NCBI GenBank assembly: GCA_013239625.1
Contig: MU057344.1
Coordinates: 3,744,976-3,808,975, forward strand
Origin: Lama guanicoe
Lineage: Eukaryota
Direction: 5' to 3'
DNA length: 64,000 nt
The first letter of the stretch is position 1, and each line of letters opens with the position of its first letter. Positions 30,051 through 42,710 of this stretch are shown in pieces. Made by a program: the position numbers and the translations under genes. The notes under the pieces were generated by a model. It searched no databases, had not been told where the DNA came from, and saw only the letters and a list, made by a program, of their open reading frames with translations.

Positions 30051-33000
30051 CCAAGGCCCCGAGGAGGGGAAATTGGCTCTACCTGAGCAGGGACCTACGT
30101 GCAGGAAGGGCAAGGTTCTGACTCCTGGTGGAGAAGGCTAGGAGAGGTCTACACCCAGCTGGTACTTCTCCAACGGAGAACGTGAACGCTCCCACCCATT
30201 TTACAGATCAGGATAACTGAGACCTGGGGTTATCGACCAAGGCATCCCACAGAAAGTCAGAGGACAAGGACGGGCTACAAGGCATGCCCTGTCGACCCAG
30301 TGCTGCTGGAATATGGGAATCTCAGCACAGCTTCAGAACACTCTCAATCAGTAACTCACCTGGGGGTCCTGAAGTCTTAGGTCAACGTAAGCATGTTTTG
30401 TTGGCTCAGGTCACCCAGGGTGGCCCTAAATTTGCCCAAAGCAGTGAGAAGGAGTTGAGGGGGAGGCTTTTGCCTTTGGCACCCTGGGTTGCCAACCCCC
30501 TCCCAGGATTTCCCCAGGACTGGAGAGGGACAGGGTCAGAGTGAGCAGTGGCTGAGATATTTATAGATGTCAGGCCTGCAGACACCCCACCTCTCAGTCC
30601 TATTTTTAGTTCCAGCCTGGAATGTATGGGGCAGGAAGTGGTAGGGTGCCTTGGGGAAGGGGCATCTGGATCTTGGCTGAAGCTTCTCCGCAGATACCAG
30701 ACGGCGGTGAAGGGCCCCAGCGGGCTCCCTCCAGTGGATCGGCTGCTGCAGTTCCTGGTGGACAGCTCAGGGGATGGCCTGGAGGTGGTGCGCTGTGCCA
30801 ACTGTGACCTGGAGTGCGGCAAGCAGGCAAGGGTGCCTGGGGGTGGGGTGGGGAGCGGAGAGTGCCAGGTTGTACAGTCCTGATGCTTGGAGTGTTACCA
30901 GCATGTCCTCAGAGGGTTATCCATCAGTGGATTCTCCAGCACCTCTCTAAGCCACCCTGTATCCAGAATGTGGGCCCATTTTACTGACGTGGAGACTGAG
31001 GTCGAAAACAACTGACTTGAGCCAACAGCCAGATAGTTGCAGAGGTTAAGACCATTTCAATTTGGGGGGAGCTTACTGGTCCCCAACTCAGGGTGGAGTT
31101 GTAAATTGGAACAGGAAGGGCAGTCCAGTGCACAGACCTGGGCCAGCTCTCCAGGGTCCGCTGCTACCTGGGTAGCTGTGCACAGCTATCTGCAGCCCAA
31201 GGGGAAGTGAAGACAGTGTGCTGCTGGATGGGTGATCCTGAAAGACCAGGGAGCAGAGATCAGGCTTCAGGCTGGACTGTGAAGGACACGCAGGACTCTC
31301 TCCAGCCTGTGAAGGCTGAATGGGGTATTCCAAATCCAGGAGGATGTCCCTGCAGGAGCAAAAGTTTGGGGTGTACTGGGCAAATTCTAGGATACGTGTT
31401 ACCCAGAAGTACAGACAGCCAGCAGGAGGTGAGGGGCTGAAGGTAGAGAGAGCATGGGGAGGAAATGGCTTGAGTGCCAAAGAAAAGAGTTGTGGGGTGG
31501 TGTCTGTACTTTCTCAGCCATTACTGGAGTCAGTGCCCTGGACTCTCAGCCCTGGGGAAGGGCACCTGCACACTGTCACTCCTATTCTTCTCCTAGCCAA
31601 GTGCCGACCATATGGCTGGAGTGAGCACGGCCATTTGGCTCCTATTGAAGGTACCAAGGGAAGTTTGAAAGGGCTTCACACACACAGACACGCACACGGT
31701 TTTGTTGTAGGTAAAATGTTTTCCAAATGCAGTGTCTGCCCTCCCCACAACCTCATATAACCCCCTCCCCATGCCCGTTTTGGGTACCTGCCTTTTACTG
31801 ACCCTACTTACCTAGTCTCTGGGCAGCGGTATTCTCATCTGTCAACGGGGTATATTAGGGCGCTGCGCCTCGGACTTCCATGAAAGGGCTGCAGTTGGCC
31901 GCGCGCCTGCCCCAGGCTGCAACTGATGCGCGCAACGACGTGTGGAGGCTGCGGTTCCCTCGCGGGCAGTGATCGGGCTCAGGTTCCCAGTCCATGGGCG
32001 GGCTGAGCCCGAGCTCTGTGCGCAGGACGCGGAGACCACGTACTTCTGCAACACCTGCGGGCAGCCGCTGTGCGCGCGCTGCCGCGACGAGACGCACCGG
32101 GCACGCATGTTCGCGCGCCACGACATCGTGGCCTTGGGCCAGCGCAGCCGCGACGTGCTCCAGAAGTGCAGTGAGTGCGACGGGCCGCGTGGGGACCAGC
32201 GCCGGGGCCGCGGGTGGGGATGGGGGCGGCACCGTCCGGAGCCCTCACTGCCGCCTCCGCCGCAGCGCTGCACGCCGAGCCCTACATCATGTTCTCCACC
32301 GACAAGAAGTCGCTGCTGTGCATCCGCTGCTTCCGGGACATGCAGAGGTGGGGAGAGGGCGCGGGAGGTGGGGGAGCTGGAGGGCGGCCCGGAGCGGGGC
32401 TCACCCGCGGGCTCCCGGCAGGGAGAGCCGGGCCCACTGCGTGGATCTCGAGTCGGCGTATGTGCAGGGCTGCGAGCGGCTGCAGCAGGCGGTGCTGGTG
32501 AGCGCGGGGTGCCTGGCGCCGGGGCTGGGGTTGGGAACGCGCGCCCAAGAGGCTGAGGCCGCCCTGTTCCCAGGCGGTGAAGGCCCTGCAGACCGCCACG
32601 CGGGAGGCCATCGCGCTGCTGCAGGCGATGGTGGAGGAGGTGCGACGCAGCGCAGCCGATGAGGAGGCCGCCATCCACGCCCTCTTCGGCAGTATGCAGG
32701 TGAGGGGCAGGGGGGCAGGACGACCATAGGCTGAGCATCCTTATCAAACATGACCCGGTGCCCAGGACACAGTGCAGGCCCCACAAGGCGCCCTTGTGGA
32801 GTTTCCAGTGCAGGTCAGCAAGCATTGAGCTCCTTCCAGGAGCTACTTCATCTCAGGTGCCAGGAGAGTTCTAGAAGGGGAGCAAGACCCTGCCCCAGGC
32901 TGGTGGTGAAAGGTGGTCAGGAAGACTTCCCTCGGGGGTGACAGTAAAGGGAGGGCCCCAGGGCTCTCAGGCAGTGGGATGCTAGAAGGAGGCAGCAGAG

Positions 33001-36000
33001 CTGGTAGGCTGGAGAGATGGCCAGCCTAGCCAGCTGTGTGGCTGGGGCCCAGGGGAGTGGGAGAGCCCTGGGAGGTGGCAGTCAGTGGCAGACTGTCCCT
33101 CCCAGGACAAACTGGCAGAGAGGAAAGCGCTGCTGCTTCAAGCTGTACAGAGGTGAGTGGTGGTGGGGTCTCCACTCCCTGCCCCTTGGCCTCCAGACAC
33201 CTATCTCACAGCCTGGGCCTGGGCCTGGGCCTGCCCTACCCTGGGAGGCAAGACATCCAGGTGACACCAGTGAGGAGGGCAGGGGGGCTCAGGGCTCAGG
33301 GAAGGGGTTACAGGGAATGCTGCACAAAGCTGGTGGGGAGCTGAAACCACCCAGTTCTGAGGCACCCCCATCCCAGGTAGGGGTAGGCAGCCCTCACCTT
33401 GCAGATGAGGCTGCCTGCCCCTCCACCAGCCAGTATGAAGAAAAGGACAAGGCCTTCAAGGAGCAGCTCTCCCATTTGGCCACTCTGCTGCCCACCCTGC
33501 AGGTAAGGGGAGCTGGGGGGTGCGGGCTGGGCACCCCAGCCAGGCCAGGCACTGAGCAGTGTCCCTCTCGCAGGTTCACCTGGTCATCTGCTCTTCCTTC
33601 CTCAGTTTGGCCAACAAGGCTGAGTTCCTGGACCTGGGCTATGTGAGTGCCACCAGCTCCTGCGAGTGACCCCCCTCCCCACCAGGAACCTACCCTGCAC
33701 ACCCGAAACCCCTGCCTGGAGGCTGGGCCGGGGTTCTCTGGGCTTACCTTCCCCTCCTCCACGCTGTTATCTACAAACCATTCAGGGGTCAGCTGAGTCC
33801 CTTTTAAACGGACAGCAAAGCCTGGAAGGGAGTTTAAGTCTCCTCCCCCAAAGTGCCTAGAGTCGACTGGAGTCCAGACCCCCCAACCTTTCCTGAAGAT
33901 TTGGGAATGGGATTGATGTGGGCATCCGGGCCAATCCCAGGGAGGATTGGAGCTGCCAATGGACAGCAGGGAAAGTCCCAAAGACAGACTTGCCCTCTGG
34001 GCCACCCTCCTCACTGAGGTGGGTCACCCCCATCCCCCACCCACCTGAGCGCCCTCCCTCGAACCGCCGCAGGAGCTGATGGAGAGACTGCAGGGCATCG
34101 TCACACGGCCACATCGCCTGAGGCCGGCACAGAGCAGCAAGGTGCACAGGCAGCGCCGCTGGGTGGGCGGGGGCAGGCCGGGGGCCCGCGGGGTGTGGAG
34201 CTGCCTCAGGACCTTGTCCCACCTCCCAGATCACCAGCGACCACCGCGCCGAGTTCGCGCGCTGCCTGGAGCCGCTGCTGCTGCCGGGGCCACGCTGGGC
34301 GGCGGGTGCTGGGGGTGGCACCAGCATGTGAGCCGCGGGGCGCCCTCCCAGGCACCGGGACCCGGGAGGAGGGGGCGGGCACAAGTTCCCGGTTGGGTTG
34401 GGGGCCACCGCACGTCACCCTTCCCAGCTCTCCGAGCTCCCCGCGCTGCATCTGGGTGCCACCGAAATCGTCAGGGCAGAAAGGCGAGTCTGCCCGGCCA
34501 GGAAGTAGCCTTTGGGCCCCCCCCCCAGATCGGAAACCCCTGGTAGAACTGGTGCGGACTTGGGTCAGGCGTGGACAGGAGGACTTGAGGGCTTCCCCCA
34601 AACGCCGCTGCAGTCTCAGCTCCTTTCCTCCCTGAAAGGAAGGGGTAGCTTAAGGTGGGACCTTAAGGTGGCCAGAAGCTTCAGGGGGTCTGACTTCCGG
34701 GCTCCAGTCTGGAGAGCCAGAGACCCAGGAGGAATTAGGAGAAATGCCTAAGATGTGTGTGCCAAGGACCCCCGGGCCCCAGGCAAGGGAGACTGCACGA
34801 CAGGCCAAATTTCCAAGGTCCAGGATATGTTAGTGAACATACTGTCTGCTGGGGACCAGCCCTAAGGATATCCTGATGGACTCTTTTCTGCACATCAGCA
34901 TCAGTCTCAGGATGTTTTAAAATATCCTTCTGATGTCACTGGCCTTGGGTGTGGTCTTGCATCAGGTTTTTTCAGAGCTCCTGTGTGGTTCTGGTTTGCA
35001 GCCTGGGGTGAGAGGGCTGAGAACGCACTGGGAGGCTAGGAGAAGGAGTGACACTGTGGACACCGCTCCCCCAACATCTGTATCCATTCTGGTTCTCTCC
35101 CTAGGCTAGCAGGGGGCTCGGGCCCCAAGGTAATGCTGGGGCCCAGCTGTCCTTCCCCAGTGGGAAAGATGTTGGGGTCACCGGTCCAAAAGCCCACGCT
35201 GCACCGGTCCATCAGTACCAAGGTGCTGCTGGCAGAGGGTGACGATTCACCCTTCATGGAGCACTGCCGCCACTATGAGGACTCCTACCGGGTGAGGATG
35301 TCAGAACTTGAGGGCTGGGAAAGGCTCCTCCCCTTCTCCCTAAGGTGCACTGGCCAAATCTAGTCTTGGCCATGTGGCCTGGAAGCCATCCCTCTGCCGT
35401 CGCCCCTGCCATGCACACAGCCTGCAGGGAACAGACACTCGTGTCGTCTCTCCCCCCAGAGCCTGCAGATGGAGATGCAGAACCTGAAGGACCAGGTCCA
35501 GGAGTTGCACCGGGACCTCACCAAGCACCACTCGCTCATCAAGGCCGAGATCATGGGCGACATTCTGCACAAGTCCTTGCAGGTGGACGCCCAGATCACT
35601 GCGGAGTACGCGTCCGTGGAGGGGATGAGAGTCGTCTTCCAGGAGGTAGCCCCTCCCGAGGCACCTCCCTTCCCTGCACCCCATTTGTCAGCATATACAT
35701 GGGCTACCCCAAGACAGGAACGGGAGCGGGGAGGACCTTGGCCTGGTGCCCTATGAGGCCCTCGTGTGGCAGGCTCTGGAACCTGGGTTTTGCCACTTGG
35801 AACCATGGGAACTGACTGCAGGTGCCTGATGGCTCTGAGTAGCCAGAGGGCAGAAATGCCGCAGTGGGAATTCCAACTCACAGTCACATGCCGTGTCCGA
35901 CTCACTTTCTCTTTCAGATTTGGGAGGAATCCTACCAGCGGGCGGCTAATGAGCAGGAGATTTATGAAGGTCCCAGGCAGCTGATGCTGGGTGCACCGCA

Positions 36001-38486
36001 GCCCTGGAGCTAAACCACATGCTTTCAGGGGCAGGAAGTCAGTTACCCACTAACCAGCCATGAACCCCCATGCTCTTCCCCTTAGCCCTTGCCTTTTCCT
36101 CACAGCTGCTAACGGACCCCAAAATTATACATCTGAGGTCAGGATTCAGTAAGTAGGATGCCTTCACAAGTCTCCCCTCACTCCTTACTTAGAGGTCACC
36201 ACTGAAACAGTTAGGATGTCTAAATGGTTTGAGGCTTGAGAGCAAGCATTTGAGGCCAACAAGACCTAACTCTCTGGCCGTGGCCCCCACAGCCCAGCTC
36301 CGTGACCTTCTCCAGCTGAAACAGGAGAATGCCTACCTGACCACCATCACCAAGCAGATCACACCCTACGTCCACTCCATTGCCAAGGTGAAGGAGCGGC
36401 TGGAGCCCAGGTGAGACCAGCGGGTGTTCCAAGGGAGCCAGGACACTTCCAAATGTGTGTGGGGAAAGCGCCACACATTTGGAAGCGCCCCACTCAGGGA
36501 AGTCCGTGGGCCGGGTTGTGAACGTTTAAACAGGGCACCTGGGCAGGGCAGGTGCTGGCCATCTGCAAAAACAGAATGAGTGGGCTGCTCTGAGTTCCCA
36601 CTTCTGGGTGCACAACGACCCCCCTCTCCACACCTTGGGGGTGCAATGAGGGTCCTCAGCGGATCCAGGCAGCAGGACACAGAGGAAAGAGAACTTCCTC
36701 AGTGCACAGTTTAACCTAGTCTAGACAGGAACCTCGACCAGGCTCTCAGCACCACACTTGGGCACTGAAAGGTGCTACAGTGCCAGAGGTTTTTCGGTGG
36801 CAGGTCCTCAATGTGCTGTCTCTCAAGTCTCTGGGCCCCAGGGTGGGCTGGTTGCCCTGGAGGGCCGGCGCAGAGTGGTCAGCCTGCGCTCTCCCTCCGC
36901 CACGCTCCAGGGGACTCCACTTGCCTGGCTCTGGGCAGAGATCTGATTCCTCTATCCGGGTTTCCTCTCTCTCGGCTTGGTGGAGCCCATCCCCCAAGCA
37001 GCCCTTGAGAAAGGAGGGACTTGTTCTGAATAGCACATGTCTGCAATATCTTTATTCCGCCTTCACACTTGACTGATAGTTTTGCTGCACGTTGAATTCC
37101 AGATGGAAATTCTTGATTGGAGATGATTCTCTTCCTTGAGAAGTTTGAAGGCACTCCGATTCTTAATCCTTGCACGGTGACCTACTAATTCTCCGTAGAA
37201 GCTTGTGGAATCTTCTCTGCTCCCAGTGTTCTGAAATTTCACATTGGTGAGGGTCTAGTTCCATCCACTGGATACTGGTGGGCCCTTTCAGTCTGGAAAT
37301 TCATGTCCTTCATTTTGGGCGTATTTCTTTTTGAACTGGTCAGTTGCTTTTCTCCACTTGCGGAATTCTCATTGGACACGGGCCTCCCTGAGCTGGCACT
37401 CTGACTTACCCTCCCCTTCCAGGCCTGTTTTCCATCTCTTTGCTGTTTTTTCCGGGAGATTTCCTCACTTATCTTCTAACTCTTCTATTCATTTCTTCAT
37501 TTTTGAAGAAAACTTCCAAGAGCTCTTTTAAACATTTTAAACTATAGGCATCTTTGTGCCCTCTTCTTGTTACACAGCGTCTTGTTGTTTCACGGACGCC
37601 CCTCGGGGGCTGATAGGTGTCTGCTTTCTCCCCCCCCACCCTAGTGGTGGTGGTTTTTGTTTTGTTTTTTTAATGGAGGGACTGGGGATTGAACCCAGGA
37701 CCTCGTGCGTGCTAAGCACACAGTCTACCACTGAGCTATGTCCCGAACCGCCTCTGCTTTTATTTTTTTTAAGTTTCCTTCTCCCTGAAGTCTATTTCCT
37801 CCAAGTTATGTTTTGTTTGTTTAGGTTTCTATCTTCCATGTTAAAGGCTTTTGTCAGATGGTCAGGAAATCTTTGATTACGTGCTCATGTTAGGAGTTGG
37901 GGCTGGGGTGGGGTTGTGTAGGGCAGGATGGACGCTCTGAGCCCATGGGTGGTGTTTCAGTGTAAGGGATCTGTGTGGTCAGAGTTTTTTATTTTGCTTT
38001 TCTTTTTTTTTTTTCATTTCCTCAATGTCAGTTTTAGATCTCTTCCCGGTTTCCTTCCTGGAAGCATCTGTACGCACACCTGGAGCATCTGTATGCACAC
38101 CTGGTTTTCTGGTTCTCACCTGTGTGCTGTACCCTCCAGAGACTAACGCTGCAGACTTCTGAGGGGTGTGGGGCCAGCATGCTCAGAGGCAGGGATCTTG
38201 ACCTTCATCGTCCTATTTCAATCCCACTCAGTCCTGCAGAGGCAACGGGGCTGCCCATTCCTGAGCCCCCTAAGGATTCTGGTGGGAATTGGCCTCAGCT
38301 TGCTCTGTGCACTTTGAATTCAGGCTTCCCGGGTCTGCTAACTCAGTGACCACTTGTCCAGTTGCTCTCCAGCCTCCAAAATTTTGGTGTTAGCCTTTCC
38401 TGCCCTCAACCTGGAGAGGCTTTTCTTTTACCCCCTCGTTTTGGTCCCTTTACTAGTTTTAGTGAGTTTGGGGAAGAAGGAGAATT

Positions 38487-38517
<31 letters not shown>

Positions 38518-41495
38518 ACAATTGCCACATTAATCCAAAACTGTCAAACCTCCTTTTAAGTGACTATTTTAACATGTCACACTGAGAAGTTCCACTCCTC
38601 ATACCTTCTGCACAAATTCTGATCAATCTTTGTCTATCCAGGACTAGTTACGCTGTTTCCTCCCAAGCTGACATTCAAAGCAGTTTACTCTAGATACTGT
38701 GTGATTCCATTTATAAAACCTCAAAACCAAGCGAACTAACGTCTCATGTTAGCATTTGGGATGGTGATTATCCTGGAGGGCCTCTGGGTGGAGGTGACGT
38801 CCTGTGTGCCCAGACTAAGCCGTGCCCTTATCATTTGTGCCCTTTCCCTTCTGTGTGCTCTGCTTTGTGAGCAGCTGGCTTCCAGTAGTGTGCTCCTGTC
38901 CGCCCACAAGGGGCAACACCTGGGGGAGTCACGTCTCTGTGGGGAAATGGCATCTGTGGTCAGTTTCAGCAACTGGAAAGGCGCTCGGGCTGGAGCCAAG
39001 CTCCTGGAGGTTTGGGGTGAGCAGGGAGGCTGCCTCCAGCCCTCTTCCTGGCACCACTTCCTAGGTGTCTGGAGTTGCCCTCTGCTTCCTCCCCTCCCAC
39101 TGCTGGCCACGCCCCCCGCCCACCAAGAATCCACTCATCAGTGACCTTTCCATCCCTTGGCCTCAGAGGAGCAGCACTGAGGAGCCTAGACCGTCCATCA
39201 CCTTCACCGTGCTCTGCTCTTGCTTCAGAGACCCTCCACACTCCGTTTCCCTCCTGCCTCCCCAGCTGTTCCTTCAGCCCCTTTGGCTTGGCTCTGCCTC
39301 CTTGGCTCAAGGCCCAGATGTCAGTTCTCCCCAGGGCTCAGCCCCAGGCATACTCCTCCCTCTGCACCCTCTCCTTCAGGGGCTTCACCCGGTCTCCTGG
39401 CTTTAAAACCCCTGTGGTGGTGCAGACGACCCCCAGTCCCTGTCCCCAGTACGGACCCACCCAAGCTCCAGACTCATCTCCAAGTGTCCCTTCCTGGGAG
39501 GGGGTGTCTCTGCTTAGACGGGTACCTCAAGTCCTACAATGGCCCCAGGACTCAATTTCCTCCCCTGGAACATGGTCCTCCTGTTTCATCTCAGTAAATG
39601 CACCAGTCACCCAGATGCTCCTGGAAAAAGCCGGGGAGACATCTGGATTCCTTTCCTCACCCCTCTTCCAACCCATCCCCAGATCCCGCTGGCTCCACTG
39701 TCTCACCCACCTGCTTTGTCTCCACTGCAGCCCCCAATCCAAGCCACTGTCGTCAGCCCCAGCCCCGGCCCCTCCAGCACGTCACATAGCCTATTGTGCT
39801 GGGCCCCGATAGCCTTTCCGGGACCCTCTCCACACCCCGGTCACCACGGCCTGTCAGTCCCTGGAGAAGCTGGGCTTGCTCTACTCCCAGCCTCTGCAGG
39901 AAGGGTTCTTGCTCCAGGTGGTTCCACGGATGCTCGTCACTCAGGTCGCAGCTTGAATGTCGACAGGCAGGCCTCCCCAGACCACCCTGGTGAAAGCAGG
40001 CCTCGCTTGCTGTCACCATCCGGCTCCATGTGTCCTTCCCAGCCTTGGCGTGTCTCCGCGACTGGAACGCAGCTTCCGCGGGGCCAGGGCCTGGCCTCCC
40101 CCATCCACTGCCATGGCCCTCGCCCACAGCAAATATCTGAGGCCCAGAGCTCGAGGCAGGCCCTTGAGTGTTAGCACAAGGCTGTGCAGTGAGCTTAGGG
40201 GCACGCGGCGGGCCACCTCTCCCACCGCCCCGGTTCCCAGTAACTGCTGTCTCTCGCCCAGGTTTCAGGCACCCGTGGATGAACAGTCGGACCACCTCCA
40301 AAACACGTATGACGACGGCGTGAATGGCGAGGCCCAGGCCAGGTGGAGCAAGTCTTCCCACAGCAAACAACTTCATCTCAGGGACACACACAACGACAAA
40401 GACAGAGCCCAGCTCTGCGGCCTCGGCAGGGCCTCAGTTTGTAAAACACGGGGTCGGAGGGGCTCTTAATCTACACAGTGCCTTCAAACATGTGACCTGG
40501 TAGATGACACATGTGGCTGATAGACCTGACCCACGTTTTATAACTTGGGGTGGCTGTGTCTGCCGGCCGCCCCGCTCACACCACTGAGCACGCAGGCTGT
40601 CACCCCGCGTCACTCAAACCCCCTTACGTGAGAAAAAGTGACTGAGGGTTATTTATTTGTGTGAGAGCGTTACTATTCACTGGAGCCACAGTGTTTGCCA
40701 AAACACTTGCCAGGGGGAGAGAAGAATGTGCGGTAACAGACATGTCACCGTCACAGGCTCATCTTTCAGTGTTGCACTCTCAGTAAAGTGTTAGTCACGG
40801 GTTGGAGAACAGAGTTGTAGAAAGCCGCAGCTAGGAGAGCCTCGGGGTGCGGGGAGGTCTGCAGCCATAGAGAGCCACAGCGTGCTTGGTGACAGAGCAG
40901 AAACTTGTCCCACCCTCCCAAGCACCTCTTTTAGCCCAGATGCTTCAAGGGAGGGTCGATTCAAAGCACTGTCACCACGAGCTAAGAGACCAAACTGCTG
41001 CTGCTTTGGCAACTGAACATCATCAGAGGGGGGAGGGTATAGCTCAAGCGGTAGAGCACATGCTTAGCATGCACAAGGTCCTGGGTTCAATCCCCAGTAC
41101 CTCCTCTAAAAATAAACCCCCACCAAAAATTTTTTTTAAAAAATTAGAAATGAGATAACACTTTAGGAGACAATGTAGTTCTGGTTCAGAAGATATGCTC
41201 ATCTACCGGTGCCTTCCAGAAGGGCTGGCTGTTCCGAAAGCCCTTGCCCGAGTGGACTTCAGCACTGGGATGCAGCGAGGTGGGGGGAGCAGACAGAAAC
41301 TCACGTTAAGTTTGTTTCTTTAGGAATGATCCAGTAAGTGTCTTGGAAAAGAGAGAGAAGACCTCAGAGCCTAAAGGGAACAGCCGGGCTCTGAGCAGCC
41401 TCACAGATGAGCCTTCACTGAAAAACAAAGATTCTCATAGACCCAAACCAAAAAATGGGGGTGACATCCCCACGCGGAGAGAGCGCCCAGCCTAG
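29850..41495 (+). CDS. RNF207: RING finger protein 207 (RING, B-box, coiled-coil), 634 aa; exons 29850-30040, 30694-30826, 32026-32170, 32266-32347, 32422-32497, 32574-32699, 33106-33152, 33430-33502, 33574-33642, 34073-34141, 34230-34327, 35105-35291, 35460-35645, 35918-35969, 36293-36410, 40262-40342, 41324-41495
   Basis: Exon lengths sum to 1905 nt with one continuous frame. Starts MSGAIFAPLEGP, RING CPLC..CFHHFCAGC..CPLC, B-box CNTCGQPLCARCRDETH, ends GDIPTRRERPA-TAG. Confidence 0.97.
30557..30640. promoter_or_regulatory. Candidate muscle/cardiac enhancer (MEF2 x2, TEAD, ETS) in RNF207 intron 2
   Basis: ATATTTATAG 30557-30566, CTATTTTTAG 30600-30609, TGGAATGT 30618-30625, CAGGAAGTG 30632-30640. 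Confidence 0.55.
37050..37900. mobile_element. Old L1M-like LINE fragment in RNF207 intron 16
   Basis: T-rich degraded sequence (GGGCCCTTTCAGTCTGGAAATTCATGTCCTTCA...) typical of antisense ancient L1; boundaries rough. Confidence 0.55.
37653..37750 (-). mobile_element. tRNA-derived SINE (camelid vic-1-like), antisense to RNF207
   Basis: Reverse complement reads CATAGCTCAGTGGTAGA...GGTCCTGGGTTCAATCCCCAGT plus an A-rich tail. Confidence 0.9.
38491..38516. repeat. (TG)n microsatellite
   Basis: About 13 TG units. Confidence 0.95.
41028..41145 (+). mobile_element. tRNA-derived SINE (camelid vic-1-like) in RNF207 intron 17
   Basis: GGGGAGGGTATAGCTCAAGCGGTAGAGCACATGCTTAGCATGCACAAGGTCCTGGGTTCAATCCCCAGTACCTCC plus an A-rich tail. 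Confidence 0.9.
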
Positions 41496-42651
41496 CAACT
41501 GGGACTGGTCCCTGGTGGTCGGGCTTTTTACAAAGGCTGGGAAATCGAAGGCAAGGTGGTTCCCATCATTTTTTTCAAAGGTGTACTTATGTATCAGCAG
41601 TAAACCCCAGAAACTTTGCCAGGTCCTAATTTCAGATTCTTTGGCTTAGTCTAGACTTCAAGTTGCTCAAAGTCGTGGTCCTCATGATGGTTACTTGGGA
41701 CAGTGTCCCTCCCAGTCCATCTGGAAAATGTTAAATGTGTGAACACCCAGCCTCAGGCCCCTCGTTCACTCTGCATCTCCCTGGCGTCTGCGGGCTGGGC
41801 CCCTCAAGCTTCCGTTGGGGTGCACCTGTCTGAAATTTAGACAAGGAGACTGTCCCACTGTGCAGCAGCTGCCCTGCCTCAGAGGAATCCAGTTCCTCCA
41901 AAATCACAGCCCCGCTGTTAACCGGGAGCTGCTGGAAAGTTCCACCCAGTAATCTGAGCACTGACTCAGCAAAAGGGAGAAACCTTCACTCCAGCTGAGC
42001 TCATGAAGCAAAGCAATAGCACCTGGCGGCCTGCGCCCTGCGGCCTGCGTGGCAGGAGGCAGCCACCATCATGGCTTCCCTGCTACCTATTCCGACCCCG
42101 ATCGCTCTCCTGCTGTTCGCCCTTTATTGCTATTAAAGCACAATTCACCAGCAACTTTGCTCAAGTTTTCCATCCCTACCCAAGTACCCTTTTTATCAAG
42201 TGGAACTTAAAATGCTTAACAACAAAAAAATTAACCTCCATTATCTAAACTGTAAAGTTTTAGAGGCAAAATGATGCCCAGATAGTCACATTTTAAGCAG
42301 GTATCGGCTAGATTCAGTGGTTCCAGCAGCGGATGGCTTCTACGAGCCAGGTAGGCCCACAGGTCAATACGCTGGGACCTCAGTTACATCGGTATCTCTA
42401 CACCTGTCACATCAGAGCCCTGACGCTCTGGTCCCAAAGCATCACAAACCTCCCACGGTGGCCCAGGGGGCAGGAGGAACTTGTCATGACAAACTGGTTA
42501 CAGGTAGGAGTTCAGAACAGAATCAAGTAGGCAAAACACATCTGGTTTTATGCTGTAGGTTCGGGACGTTTCTTAGCCAGAAGCAGCAAGATCCTAGGGT
42601 TTCCAAATCCCCCACAACCACACTGTTGTTCATAGTGAAATCAAGTACAGT

Positions 42652-42657
42652 TTTATT
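42652..42657 (-). terminator. Probable ICMT polyadenylation signal
   Basis: AATAAA on the minus strand about 3.1 kb past the ICMT stop. Confidence 0.65.
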
Positions 42658-42704
42658 TAAGAATCGGAAATAATCAGTATCTGTCAAAGAAAATCCAGTA
42701 TTTA

Positions 42705-42710
42705 AATAAA
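42705..42710 (+). terminator. Probable RNF207 polyadenylation signal
   Basis: AATAAA on the plus strand about 1.2 kb after the RNF207 stop. Confidence 0.55.

Noticed and set aside
38057-38104. Short 21-22 nt tandem duplication (also a 17-nt one at about 19035-19068)
   Set aside because: Two-copy intronic slippage products without spacers; not an array and no functional signal
41028-41105. tRNA-like genes at 27076, 37653 and 41028
   Set aside because: They have A-rich tails, mutual divergence and (for the 27076 copy) a TSD; they are SINEs, not functional tRNAs
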